Virus record (IMG/VR): IMGVR_UViG_3300024270_000041
Length of the DNA: 56,521 nt
DNA from: an uncultured virus (IMG/VR IMGVR_UViG_3300024270_000041)
Lineage: Duplodnaviria; Heunggongvirae; Uroviricota; Caudoviricetes
Reading direction: 5' to 3' (one strand)
Below the pieces are notes generated by a model. The model searched no databases. It saw only the letters and a list, made by a program, of their open reading frames with translations, and was not told where the DNA came from. Both the position numbers and the translations under genes were made by a program. Of the stretch, positions 21,101 through 28,959 are shown piece after piece (position 1 is the first letter of the stretch; the number at the start of each line of letters is the position of its first letter).

Positions 21101-22381
21101 GGTACCGAAGACGGTCTTACTATGAATGATTTCTATTATCTGACAGATAAGAGAAATAATCCCCATAAGCGTGTATCTAAGTCGATTGAAGCTATAACAA
21201 GCTCTATCGCATCATTATACCCTAATGGTGCGGATGTTACACCATATACATCATTACCAGGTTGGGCAACCGCCCTCAGCGATCATTACAACTACAATAA
21301 ACTCGGAACTATATCTACTGCTCCAATTCAGTCGACTAAGTTCACAGCAAACGATATAAATGCTATCATGAATGCGATGCTCCGAATCTCATCTGACCGT
21401 GAGGGTGGATATTTCGGAATAGCTAATTTCAATAGTGCTTATGCGGACTCTGATGGATATCCCGCATTTGGTATCAGTGGATTCAACGGTCATTATGGAG
21501 GGGCGCAGGAAGTTCTTGGAAGAATGGTTGCATCCGGAGAACTGTCTGAAGAAGACAGGGCTATCGCACTGGAGCTCATTGATGAAGTGGGCAGAACGTA
21601 TACAGGAAACAACCCATTCAACAAAAATAAACTCGATACACTGATTCGTAAATATTCGAATGTCAATAAGTATGCACAGGACGGTTATGCATACCAGCTC
21701 ATGCAGAACTCAGCACGTCACGTGTTTAGTGCATATGATAACGGAACACTTCGTAGCGTTGAAGAGATGATTATGCTTAATCAGCTCTCACCTTACGGAC
21801 CAGCACATATTCCAGCAATTCTTGGTTTACCAGGTGCTGGAAGTTGGGCAGAAACTACTGCTCCTAATAACCTCAAGACACTTAAGTTTAGTAGTGATCC
21901 ACTTACAAACCTCGCATACACAATGAACGATTATTATACACGTAATACTTCAGCTTGGACTAAGTATTCTTATATGAAGAATGAGCTGAAGGAAGCGTAT
22001 AAGAATCTCGGAGGAACGGAAGCTCTTGGTTTCGGCGGTGGTATCGCAGACTCGCTCAATTCCGGTTCTTATGATATCGTAGACACACCTGTCGCTATCG
22101 GTAGAACACCTAGAGTTGAAGTTGACTCTGCACCAGTTACTACAAGACTCGACGTAATTATCAACTATCTCAGACAGATTGCCAATACTGCTAGACAAAA
22201 CCGAGCAGAAACGGCGGCAACTAATTTGGATATCGGACACGGAGCTATTGTTGAAAAGCGTAGCATGTCCAGTTCTGGTTCCAACAATATGCCGGCAACA
22301 CCGGTATATACAGACATTAAGAACAGTGATAGAATGAAAGCGATTCATGATAGAATAGCCAGAAGTCCTAGACCTGTATAA
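12191..22381 (+). CDS. giant tape-measure-like tail protein with two C39-like cysteine peptidase domains and a C-terminal lysozyme-like domain
   Basis: 3396 aa. TMP-type motif YDVGSQNIPNDQVANIHKGEMIIP and Gly/Ala-rich hydrophobic segments. Peptidase 1: QTDPRW..GCGPTA..GH..DDP. Peptidase 2: NQTNEKW..GCVVTA..NH..YDP. Lysozyme-like: REGGY..DSDGYPAFGISGF. Confidence 0.8.
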   Translation: MASNRSKSKVLQNAEKAFKYSAVPAITSKVPYMTGTAQSAISVAKDLRDWTIRNNPFRAVNGNKDPLIRQIATATANAVKSAKLDLKSGDLTFRNLNKAVRDFVGEDSLLDGFDNLDIDFGSDLGDSLFSNSGQDDQTSDITTASAMMAVGDTLSRTQAVTTEAMIGAVEHSTERITKTQMVMTDTAVTRLISSNMTIAARTSTQLGTISEDIKVVNKNLSLLVEQSNSFSSFINQSQRYMEHTEQTLNDIKALLEASHSQGKNDGYGGSYNDGFMSGHFDIKKYIHHIFNNTSSGIIASQVIGTTMKALKMELPSFIDEMNAFSIGDLNPLKMGIEKLIPAIGRIADLDKTFERSIKMFMARLAEGEYGGFLNGLGVEGFGMRERNRVIYDSRYYEKGNMQWNGMAQRALMEVIPGYLSSMEGYLKQIAENTYKGKDRYALNTSSLRHFDYDLGQFATLSDIRERTKKELTSSLQSSYDNFVEMTEKITNGSDELNQELTNYLRKINSSENDSKISRKEWMNEFKAIVGKHRKDGITDDQIMKAYDALVWAREQSLDERNRIRTAAARRESSAFYLGDELNTMTPDLVYKGLKEIKQDRYNSLSENDKKEADRQKRNEERRKGFFEKTVAKLGLTDDAKAIKEMFSHGGPINRGVDFVSDKLQGVLLNLIYGGLKSYDVGSQNIPNDQVANIHKGEMIIPKDVADQIRAGNFDNAQVKEWLNITAGSVENSTSVLSSIQSMFVGNSKTKSKTRKAMGAMVEYADDYYKVAIDAEAIKDGDLRGIWVSMLENMANQTAILAHNAERDAGFDDKDGRSDLSKRILGEKDKNGLYKGTMFSQYANIGLDFKNAIRHAMYGEEYITSEGVKVAKSDDTVLSTLSKGMKKAGDTALSYIFGEDYKNTKQFKAVSKGYSELKAGITGKASDGVQLTPDEEKAVEEALQQTADKGLELNKKLIGHVKGGLLGAITVGGIGLMGGGGVVPMLLGAGGPIGGAIIGAGLSILTRNESFMDKMFGEMKDGERVGGVISKEMQERWKDLGSKLLGPAVLGAAGSFIFPKLTRGILGPVGSFMLGTGPIAGAALGIGASLIMKSQPVQDLLYGEEGKGGNTGLVGSVKNAAKDFWNKNKQHAGAMGLGGIGGALLGLKGAGALGLGGFGLVGSIVGMSILGASFGLKATSDKFKDFLFGSRKFKRDKNGNLVPDGRDGDGLIGKISRKFITSVMTPARVFARSISRNFTEWIRYDVAHQLKSAFEPFTLAIKGGVQGIADGMHAVTDKLMDLAKKITNPIKKIVGGLLKFAGKTVMGGLKTGASIAGGVISAPLKVLGHFGRRFSKKYDPTVAANNKKFRFGYTDASGKKHRGFWNPLQRLADARDAFLDSDGGFFDALAAGGHMLNPFTAYADAKYQYSKDTGYNNAAFLGGFFGAAGQKHRQIKKANRRKDKMESRIADWTAEWAKKDNWNDKVILNKKELNARNSRLRKIMGKDYDKVLDRFGNKSGSLTSEEMIQFMYDPFGKKKSEKDAQANTAKKANTFLQDIKHIAYEILQFVSGGKPKGAPLSGPVAKIGNALAPKGGSKRKQSRNKGAVDSSMYDFMKQAKSRGFGSISAIASATGIDVNDLKNFLAGNRDAISGKARRSMFKQMGYIDTSTFGGKVKKAFTTQHALAKYITDGQYRKSVNQKLESKSNVFKYALNAGYRKSLHQQYNVTSSKSLLDCVIDAGYFYGIKQDKKVDYRKLSADTGIDPDKLKNLLEGREDDLKDDERTILYDKVGYVGDKFQAGKLIKNMIGTKVKNKVNSIKTTLYNKTQPLRNAAKKVQSGIGVIKGKIAPLQDKGKELFKQASEAAKFKLDNKMTSKQKEFMHKYLTPYEIKIFKQLSISERNNIMRLWATDDGRSAIAALQQHGKELKKKTDANRKKLGRNVAMTDEEKATFEWLKVNAKKSKLEPDVQKTCLKVYRKMTSTERAEIEVYRKNKDVVGAFTYLKDHAGKIKSFAERVKGAAGALKAGASTIAGKAAAGASSIFGALFGTTGGLKSLAGIAIGAGVMFLFNKFPGIMESIKTIIGNIKDWFMETAWPFITDKIVPAAKKIFEGIGTVVEKIFNFIANPEEEGAALSSNWFTGMDKSAEQLKAESDTAAKYGLSTTEEMLNYATGDHGIWTSDIGDGGLAEIVGKKAGSKYTAKDGLIAAYVVIGNEYMLYNNPFIAPTVEQLSAFIEDPKILKAVKKFYKEIATQRGIKPKKYDDTSASDRKAALQQAVQYLEGKYGGHRNVQINMNNAAGITMEQAAANAAAEASGSVGSGHFMQTDPRWANARYANAGRGNFSTMGNGGCGPTALANAAMSQGVSTNPMAVARLSRNGGYAVGGGTSAGLFTNGARRLGLQSTAIGAGSIKRALSNGNSVVFAGKGNGLYTRAGHIMSARGIDRHGNVIVDDPMRRNSVSVPLSTLGRGMTHAWSIGRGGETYTDNKGNVYEKITSFDQLSAAAKKKDLTNYSDQDLGMLMAKCQNGEADINIAEFYFLTSQREINRKNGLADMSSMDYHISLRGDDSMLYNNVLMYNQTNEKWKDKFLVYTNDTSTIGNAGCVVTAFGSLLANLTGLNYRPDFMTNAIAGKTRTGNSLITILGNSRSPSISNATPQRFLINGHTHGQATNSEAIYPNWYEPHEGPFMGSMDWSTGTMTYHRNNDELRFLDTISSGPFVIYGGSIYNKDMDKVSTYGTEPGTYASSISGYTHMHPFYRPSDGKMYTNHAYLVVPKTFGGASSVAQQEYYLYDPGSGQLENQGRALSYSALFSPHGGVQSVFGFSGLASTPFGGVLGKEPAVEDLNWWQSMYNADDLAELYRTSSEHTRRKYQYENSWTGTDTSTDESSDDSLLTKIMNALSGLGDIAMGLLGKIFGGKGDLPTMTDYANQSVYNNGGSGSGGSGGSGYVSNDGSIYYKGEKVSSRALTMDLSKYSDYDIAMLQQRIMKGTEDGLTMNDFYYLTDKRNNPHKRVSKSIEAITSSIASLYPNGADVTPYTSLPGWATALSDHYNYNKLGTISTAPIQSTKFTANDINAIMNAMLRISSDREGGYFGIANFNSAYADSDGYPAFGISGFNGHYGGAQEVLGRMVASGELSEEDRAIALELIDEVGRTYTGNNPFNKNKLDTLIRKYSNVNKYAQDGYAYQLMQNSARHVFSAYDNGTLRSVEEMIMLNQLSPYGPAHIPAILGLPGAGSWAETTAPNNLKTLKFSSDPLTNLAYTMNDYYTRNTSAWTKYSYMKNELKEAYKNLGGTEALGFGGGIADSLNSGSYDIVDTPVAIGRTPRVEVDSAPVTTRLDVIINYLRQIANTARQNRAETAATNLDIGHGAIVEKRSMSSSGSNNMPATPVYTDIKNSDRMKAIHDRIARSPRPV

Positions 22382-22385
22382 AAAT

Positions 22386-22417
22386 AATGAGGATAAGCCA
22401 ATTGGCTTATCCTCATT
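22386..22417. terminator. hairpin terminator
   Basis: AATGAGGATAAGCCA/TGGCTTATCCTCATT. Confidence 0.75.
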
Positions 22418-22430
22418 TTATCGTTCCGGT

Positions 22431-22442
22431 AACAACGCTTTA
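22431..22442 (+). promoter_or_regulatory. late-type promoter AACA-N6-TA
   Basis: AACA acgctt TA. Confidence 0.65.
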
Positions 22443-22469
22443 ATATGCTAATGAAAGAGGTGTATTTTT

Positions 22470-24434
22470 ATGGCAGACGAATCAGATATCAATGTTCGTC
22501 CTCTCTCGGAGGACGAACAATTTAAAATACAAATCACAAATGATGCCGCATCACACGGAGGTTCGGGTCTATCAGGATATAGTGCCCCGAACGAAAGATT
22601 GACGAACAGGACGCATACCTCTATTCCCGAGGGCACATATACTGTTACCGGTAGAAGTAACTATGATACGTCATGGGTATGTATAAGTGTAAACGGAAAA
22701 GATGTATGGATCAAGCTCAACGGCGGAGGATATATTGATGAGGATGGTACTCCATATTTTAATTCACAATATTATTCCGAGGAAGACCGTGATAAAGCAC
22801 TGAAAAGTGAACTTGATATACTTGGTACTATGAACTTTGAACAGTGGGCCACGGATAGTTATGATGAACGTACAGTAGGTGAGCTTGCGGGTAGTAATGA
22901 ATGTATAGTGTACACTACCAATCAAGATGGACAGACATACAATATGCGCGAGAAGGTTGTAATGCACAGTACAAGCAGTCAGATCGAATATGGATCGGTA
23001 TATGCACATTATATAACCTTGGCGACTAAAGCATATGGTGCACCACCGCAATGGACACCATATGTTGATCCTCGAGTAGGTGAACTGAGATTATCATCAA
23101 ACCACGTGTTTCTATTGGGAAGAAAGTACTTGGAGACCGTAATATCAGCTCCAACTATATTGTCGTTATGCCCAGGTGTAATCAAATATAACTCAGCTCT
23201 TGGTGAACTCTTAGGTGAGAATTTCGATAATATGACCCCTGAAATGTTTCAGGCAGACAGTTCGGGTAAAATTATCGAGTTCCAGCCGTGTTGGTACTCC
23301 GACGTAGAAGGTGGTAACCACGGTTACCTCAAATATGTAATTACGTTAAATAAAGCTGCGTTAATATCGATGAACCGTACAGAATATAAGACCGGTGAAA
23401 TTGAACTAAAGAAGCGAGAATTCCCTGGTTCATCGCAAACATATTACAATACTGAGCAAGTGTGGTATGATTGGAATAATTCGGACAATGACGTTACTCG
23501 CATATTCGGCGATACCGGGGGAGAGAACGCTATTTTAGACACCCTCTCAGCAATGGGTAATGCAGCAGCGGGATTTCTCGAATCCTTATATACATACAAA
23601 TACGTTCATTTTTACTGCTCTGGTAATAATTCAACACGTGAAAATTTCGAGACTAGTGTCAGAAGCTCTATGATTGAGGATCTCATAAACTCATCGGTAG
23701 GCTCTGCAGTTAAGGATGTAGCGTATTTCATGGGTGGTATTATCGATGCCGATACTACACAGCAATTGGAAGAATGGGCCGATACCACATCTAAATCACT
23801 TGGCTCTCTCGGTAACCTTGTATCTATGGCGACCGAGGTATTTAAAGGTGCCCGATTAATATTCCCACAGATTGTCGATGACTGTACATTTGGTAGAGAT
23901 GCACAGTTTACAGTTAGATTTGTTGCAGGTTCATCAGATATTGAAGCAAGATATCTGATGAGATGTGAGTTTAATCATCTTCTCGCATTGGTATTGCCAA
24001 GACAGGTTAAAGGTAAGATTGATATGTATACTACACCATTTCTTGTACGCGGCCTTTGTAAGGGACGTTGGAACTGTGAGATGGGTGTTATAACAGGATT
24101 CCAGGTGACGTATGGTGGGCAGGATGATGGTGCATGGACGCAGGATTCACAGCCAACCGAAATTGAAGCTACGTTCTCAGTTACTCCATTATATTCTAAG
24201 CTTGTTATGTCTTCATTCGACGATGCATCGACATGGTTCCTGAGAAATACTGGTATGATTGAATATGTCATGACGAACTGTGGTGTTGACTTGAGATTAT
24301 CTCAGCTTGATATGAAGATGGAAATGGCCGTAGCTATGGGAGCTGAAGCTGCCAATCCCATGCGTATGTCAGACGGTATCATGGGTAAAATCTATAATCT
24401 GGCTCAACCGCTTCGTAACTTATTCAACTTCTAA
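22470..24434 (+). CDS. probable baseplate/tail structural protein
   Basis: 654 aa, next to the tape-measure-like gene, under a late motif; tube-like C-terminal segment (GVITGFQVTYG..PTEIEATFSV) and a possible SH3-like N-terminus. Confidence 0.6.
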   Translation: MADESDINVRPLSEDEQFKIQITNDAASHGGSGLSGYSAPNERLTNRTHTSIPEGTYTVTGRSNYDTSWVCISVNGKDVWIKLNGGGYIDEDGTPYFNSQYYSEEDRDKALKSELDILGTMNFEQWATDSYDERTVGELAGSNECIVYTTNQDGQTYNMREKVVMHSTSSQIEYGSVYAHYITLATKAYGAPPQWTPYVDPRVGELRLSSNHVFLLGRKYLETVISAPTILSLCPGVIKYNSALGELLGENFDNMTPEMFQADSSGKIIEFQPCWYSDVEGGNHGYLKYVITLNKAALISMNRTEYKTGEIELKKREFPGSSQTYYNTEQVWYDWNNSDNDVTRIFGDTGGENAILDTLSAMGNAAAGFLESLYTYKYVHFYCSGNNSTRENFETSVRSSMIEDLINSSVGSAVKDVAYFMGGIIDADTTQQLEEWADTTSKSLGSLGNLVSMATEVFKGARLIFPQIVDDCTFGRDAQFTVRFVAGSSDIEARYLMRCEFNHLLALVLPRQVKGKIDMYTTPFLVRGLCKGRWNCEMGVITGFQVTYGGQDDGAWTQDSQPTEIEATFSVTPLYSKLVMSSFDDASTWFLRNTGMIEYVMTNCGVDLRLSQLDMKMEMAVAMGAEAANPMRMSDGIMGKIYNLAQPLRNLFNF

Positions 24435-24524
24435 TACCACTTTAAATATGTAAACGACCTCCGAAATATATTTAATGAGTATATATTCTCGCTAAGACTA
24501 ATTACGAGAGGAGGAACTTACAGA

Positions 24525-25184
24525 TTGTCAAAAGCAATAGATAGACTGAAGGATGAATATGACAGAGTATTTGGTCATATACCGGATGATCCCAGTGGTC
24601 AATTAGAGTATCTGTGTAGTGAGTGGAATATCAGTCAGAATGACATTGATAAATTCCGTACCGATGTAGAACGATTTATCACCATGAAGACTGATAAGAT
24701 TATGCTATCGCTACCAGTTACTCCATTGGCATCTAGACGTCCACGTTCATCTTCAGACGGACACTTCTATGTGCCCGATATCGAAAAACACCGAAAACTC
24801 GTACAAAGCTATATCGACTATAAAGGCATAGTATTCACATTATGTCATATAGATATCGATATCTACGTCGAAATTCCGTCGGCTATGACGAAGAAAGAAG
24901 CATACCTTGCCCAGATAGGTCTGGTAAGACCAACAGGTTCAGACTGGGATAACTATGCGAAAACATATTGCGACTGTATACAAAATGTGCTGATAACAAA
25001 CGATAACCTGATTATCAGTGGTACATGCCGTAAGTTCTACTCAGTTAAACCGAGAGTTGAAATCGAGATTGAATATCAACCTTCGTTTGATTGTAAGTAT
25101 AATGAGCGGCGAATTACTAAGAGCAAATCGTATTTGCAGAATATCGAAAGGGTGAAGTATAATGAGTACACGAGAAAAGACTGA
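24525..25184 (+). CDS. rusA: RusA-like Holliday junction resolvase
   Basis: RRPR, DWDNYAK..CD, NDNLI..KFYSVKPRVEIEI; TTG start after GAGGAGG. Confidence 0.85.
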   Translation: MSKAIDRLKDEYDRVFGHIPDDPSGQLEYLCSEWNISQNDIDKFRTDVERFITMKTDKIMLSLPVTPLASRRPRSSSDGHFYVPDIEKHRKLVQSYIDYKGIVFTLCHIDIDIYVEIPSAMTKKEAYLAQIGLVRPTGSDWDNYAKTYCDCIQNVLITNDNLIISGTCRKFYSVKPRVEIEIEYQPSFDCKYNERRITKSKSYLQNIERVKYNEYTRKD

Positions 25185-25398
25185 CTATCGAAAGAATAAG
25201 AAGTCTATATGCGAGATTTGCGAGAATCTCTTCTCCAAGTTTAATGGAGACTTTATATCTGTACCGAATAAGACTTGCAAAGAGGTAAACGACTTACTCG
25301 GATATGCATGTAGTGATAAACCAGCACTACAGAATGTCGATGTGTCTAAATACCTCTACGTTGTCGAAGTTAACGGAACGACGATGATAAGAAAGTAA
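25162..25398 (+). CDS. hypothetical protein
   Basis: 78-aa ORF overlapping the rusA end, followed by a terminator (25406-25442). Confidence 0.65.
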   Translation: MSTREKTDYRKNKKSICEICENLFSKFNGDFISVPNKTCKEVNDLLGYACSDKPALQNVDVSKYLYVVEVNGTTMIRK

Positions 25399-25465
25399 TC
25401 AGTTTAATATCCAGTAACCACTACGGTTACTGGATATTTTTTGTTCTTATAATAGCCTCCTCCAA

Positions 25466-25477
25466 AACAACGACATA
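25466..25477 (+). promoter_or_regulatory. late-type promoter AACA-N6-TA
   Basis: AACA acgaca TA. Confidence 0.65.
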
Positions 25478-25511
25478 ACAATTTACACTCACAAAGAAGA
25501 GGTGTTAATAA

Positions 25512-27779
25512 ATGGCTAAACGAAATACGAAAGGACCAATCAATACTCTGGTTCAGAAATTGATTCAGTCCATTGACCCCGATAAGATATCGGATTTAAA
25601 TATAACCGACCGTGGTGACACGTTTAAGAAAATTATCAATAATGAGCTTGAGCTCACTAAAGGTATCTCCGATGGTAGTATCGTTGACTTCAGTCGTAGC
25701 CTGAATTCTGATATAGTAACCAAGAAGAATGCCGGTGATAAGTGGGGAAGTCCAGAACTCACAGGAGATGTTATTGAGTATATCAATAAGAATACCTCTA
25801 GCATGTTCCAGGACTTTGCTGAGAATGAACGAAACCGTTATATCCAGTATAATGATTACAACTTCATCTCGAAGTTCGTTCCAAAGATTGGTCAGGCGCT
25901 CAGAATGATACTGACCCATATCGTATCGTCTGATGACCTCACTAATACATTCAAGCGTCAGCTTGAATTCGGCTCACTCGATGTCGATGATACACAGACA
26001 CTTAAGTTGGCACTCGAGAAGTTTGAGAAGGAAAACAAGCTCCTCTACAAGCTTGAGAATCTCGCATATAAGAATACACTCATCATGGGCGAATATTATG
26101 TGTACGCAATTTCATATAAGGACCTCTTTACCAACTATGCCAAGCTTCTTGCTAAGAAGCGTGAAGCGTCTGGTAAGGTTAAAGATAAGAAAACTAAGAA
26201 GTCCATGGGTTATGCTATGGAGTCTTATATGATAAGTGATGATGAGTATAAAGCTCTTGAATCGGCATACTCGAGCAGTGCCTCGGATAATGATCCATTG
26301 CGTAGCCCAAAATCCAGCTCCTTTAGAGAGGACTATGGTAGAGGTGCTGTTGTTACATGTTATGATTCCGAAATTCCATTCATTTTTGATGAAGATGTAG
26401 AATCGGATGACCCTAATCTCTATGAGAAGAAACTTGCTACTGCTCTCGAAGCAGTTGAGAGAAGTGGTGCCGCTCAGAAGACCAAGACATCTGTTGATGG
26501 AGTTGCCGATGGTACTTACGGACTCGGTGGTTCATATGATATCGCGGGTACATACATAAAGTTTATCTCCGCGAGAAATATCGCACCAGTAGAAGTACTT
26601 GGTAACGTTGTAGGCTACTTCTATATCAGCCATACCACAATTGATAAGGCTAAGAAGACTGTATCGATTGGTAATATTCATATCTCGTCTATGAAGAAGC
26701 GTTCTCCTATTGAGGATATCGCGAAATCTATGACTGAGAAGATTGCTCAGAAGTTCTCTGATAAGTTCGTTGCATCCAATACTCAGTTTAAGCATCTGAT
26801 TGCTGACTGCATCATGGCTGCAGGCGTAACTAATACGGAGTATAAAGTACAGTTTATCCCTGCTGAGAATATCATACACTTTAAGGTGGATGATGATGAG
26901 AATTCTCGTGGTCAGTCTATCCTTAAGGATGCCATCCAGCCAGCTAAGACTCTTGCAGCAGTTAATATGAGAAAGGTACTCAACTACCTTAATAAGTCTG
27001 GTGATAAGACCGTAATGACAGTAAGAGGTGGTAATGCTGACTTCAGCCGTAAGAATCAGGCCATGCGTATTATCCGTAATATGCAGGAGCAGAATATCGT
27101 CGTATCTGACCTGCTTGGCGATTGTAATAATATCTTCCATAAGTATGCTGCAGATGGCAACATCATGATGCCAACATCAAGAACTGGTCAGAAACTGGTT
27201 GAACTTGAGAAGATGGATGGTCAGCAGATTGATATGAACGTTGAGTGGGAGAAGGAGCAAGAGAATGAGATACTTACAGCGATGGGTGTCCCACCACTGC
27301 TTCTCGATACTCATCTTCAGGCAGACTTTGCCCGTGCATTTACTACGGCACATGTTGGTTTTGCCGGTACTATTGCTAAGTGGGATGGTGACCTCGAAGA
27401 ACCAACAACTCAGCTATATAAGATAATTATACAGAATCTGGACATCTCGGAAGAGCTTAAGACACGAGTGCTCCCAGTATTCGCGTTTAAGTTACCAAGA
27501 CCGAAGTTTGCTGCAACACAGACAGGTGTTGAATCTATTCAGCAGGGTGTTCAGATGGCTGAGCAGTATATTCAGCTCAAATATGGTGAAAGTCCTGATG
27601 AAAATATGAAGGATGTTATCCGTGAAGTTAAGTTCGCAATTGTTCGTGAGAACTGTGCAACTATTCCTTGGGAAAGATACGACGAACTCGCTAAGAAGAT
27701 TGAGATGGAATTCATTAGCATCAAGGATGATGTTAAGGATACTAGTATGAGTTCGGACAGCGGAATGGATGAATTCTAA
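25512..27779 (+). CDS. probable portal protein
   Basis: 755 aa; portal-like segments FIPAENIIHF..GQSILKDA and ILTAMGVPP; late motif upstream. Confidence 0.7.
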   Translation: MAKRNTKGPINTLVQKLIQSIDPDKISDLNITDRGDTFKKIINNELELTKGISDGSIVDFSRSLNSDIVTKKNAGDKWGSPELTGDVIEYINKNTSSMFQDFAENERNRYIQYNDYNFISKFVPKIGQALRMILTHIVSSDDLTNTFKRQLEFGSLDVDDTQTLKLALEKFEKENKLLYKLENLAYKNTLIMGEYYVYAISYKDLFTNYAKLLAKKREASGKVKDKKTKKSMGYAMESYMISDDEYKALESAYSSSASDNDPLRSPKSSSFREDYGRGAVVTCYDSEIPFIFDEDVESDDPNLYEKKLATALEAVERSGAAQKTKTSVDGVADGTYGLGGSYDIAGTYIKFISARNIAPVEVLGNVVGYFYISHTTIDKAKKTVSIGNIHISSMKKRSPIEDIAKSMTEKIAQKFSDKFVASNTQFKHLIADCIMAAGVTNTEYKVQFIPAENIIHFKVDDDENSRGQSILKDAIQPAKTLAAVNMRKVLNYLNKSGDKTVMTVRGGNADFSRKNQAMRIIRNMQEQNIVVSDLLGDCNNIFHKYAADGNIMMPTSRTGQKLVELEKMDGQQIDMNVEWEKEQENEILTAMGVPPLLLDTHLQADFARAFTTAHVGFAGTIAKWDGDLEEPTTQLYKIIIQNLDISEELKTRVLPVFAFKLPRPKFAATQTGVESIQQGVQMAEQYIQLKYGESPDENMKDVIREVKFAIVRENCATIPWERYDELAKKIEMEFISIKDDVKDTSMSSDSGMDEF

Positions 27780-27830
27780 CAAAAAAAAATATCAATAACC
27801 CCCAGAAGCATTATGCTTCTGGGGTATCTT

Positions 27831-28880
27831 TTAGAACTTTATTGGTGATTCCAAGAAGAGCTCACCGAATCTATCGCTATCAATAGTAATGGTAGCTTGT
27901 CCTTCGTGTATATTGAATACCTGCCAATCTGCGGTAAACCCAGATATTCCGGCATGACCTCCACCATTACAGCACTCTCCAATAATGGTGGTGTCGTATT
28001 TATTAGAGTATAATGTATATGCCCATTCGCCTTTGTTGTTAATGTATTCCTTGATGGCGAAATCGTATTCTGTTTCCTTTCCGAATAACTCATAGTTGCC
28101 TACGTTAGTATTTACGATTACACAATTACCAAAACAACATCCTTTACCTGTCTTAGCACTCTTTACCGTGAGTACGAATCGTCTGGCATTTCTCATAATG
28201 TGTGGATAAAGAATATTATTTTCATACCATACGATTGATTTACCCTCGCTGATTATCTTATCCACAAAGTCTGTATCACCTTCAAGGCTATCCCATGCAC
28301 ATGGACTTTTAATCTTACTAAGATTCAATCTCAGAGAACCCTTAAAGAATTCAAGTGAACCCTGATATTCATTCTTATATAAGTCGTGGTCATCCACGAG
28401 CTTATAAACCGTAGGCATACCTCTCATCGTGAAGTACATATCCCATGCCAAGAATGTTGCAGAGTGATCAACGTTTACATGTTTATGAAATGCACATGTG
28501 CCATTAATCTTATACTTCGATAAGCACCTTTCGCTTGACAGGTGATGGTCAATATAATCGACTCCGACATGTGGAAGTGATGCAATATCGTCAATAATTG
28601 CGAAATCGTCTACCGTTGAGATTGCTACATCAACAATGATAACCTTCTTAAGGTTCTCGCATGCTGAAACTGCACCGGCGATATTCTTAGCAGCATTCTT
28701 AAGGCTGCTAATTGCCATTGGCCATATATAACGGTCACTATAACCGCATTCAATGAGATGCTTAAGCGCAATACGTGCAGCAGCTGCTCCGTCATTATCA
28801 TCATGAAATGCGATGATTGCTGTTGTATCACTATTAAGTGTATTCACTGGGTATTTTCTTATAAAGTCATATCTAGTCAT
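27831..28880 (-). CDS. DHH/DHHA1 phosphoesterase, copy 2
   Basis: HDDNDG, IVD, IDHH, GGGHAGISGF; probable start MTRYDF. Confidence 0.88.
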   Translation of the reverse strand: MTRYDFIRKYPVNTLNSDTTAIIAFHDDNDGAAAARIALKHLIECGYSDRYIWPMAISSLKNAAKNIAGAVSACENLKKVIIVDVAISTVDDFAIIDDIASLPHVGVDYIDHHLSSERCLSKYKINGTCAFHKHVNVDHSATFLAWDMYFTMRGMPTVYKLVDDHDLYKNEYQGSLEFFKGSLRLNLSKIKSPCAWDSLEGDTDFVDKIISEGKSIVWYENNILYPHIMRNARRFVLTVKSAKTGKGCCFGNCVIVNTNVGNYELFGKETEYDFAIKEYINNKGEWAYTLYSNKYDTTIIGECCNGGGHAGISGFTADWQVFNIHEGQATITIDSDRFGELFLESPIKF

Positions 28881-28959
28881 TATTATTTTCCTCCATTTTA
28901 TCTTATCCATACATACTTTAAATCCCGAGATATCAACACGATATCTCGGGATAATCTAA

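Noticed and set aside
12191..22381. Many antisense and out-of-frame ORFs inside the giant gene (e.g. 17683-18510) and inside other long genes
   Set aside because: Shadow ORFs with no RBS or recognisable motifs.
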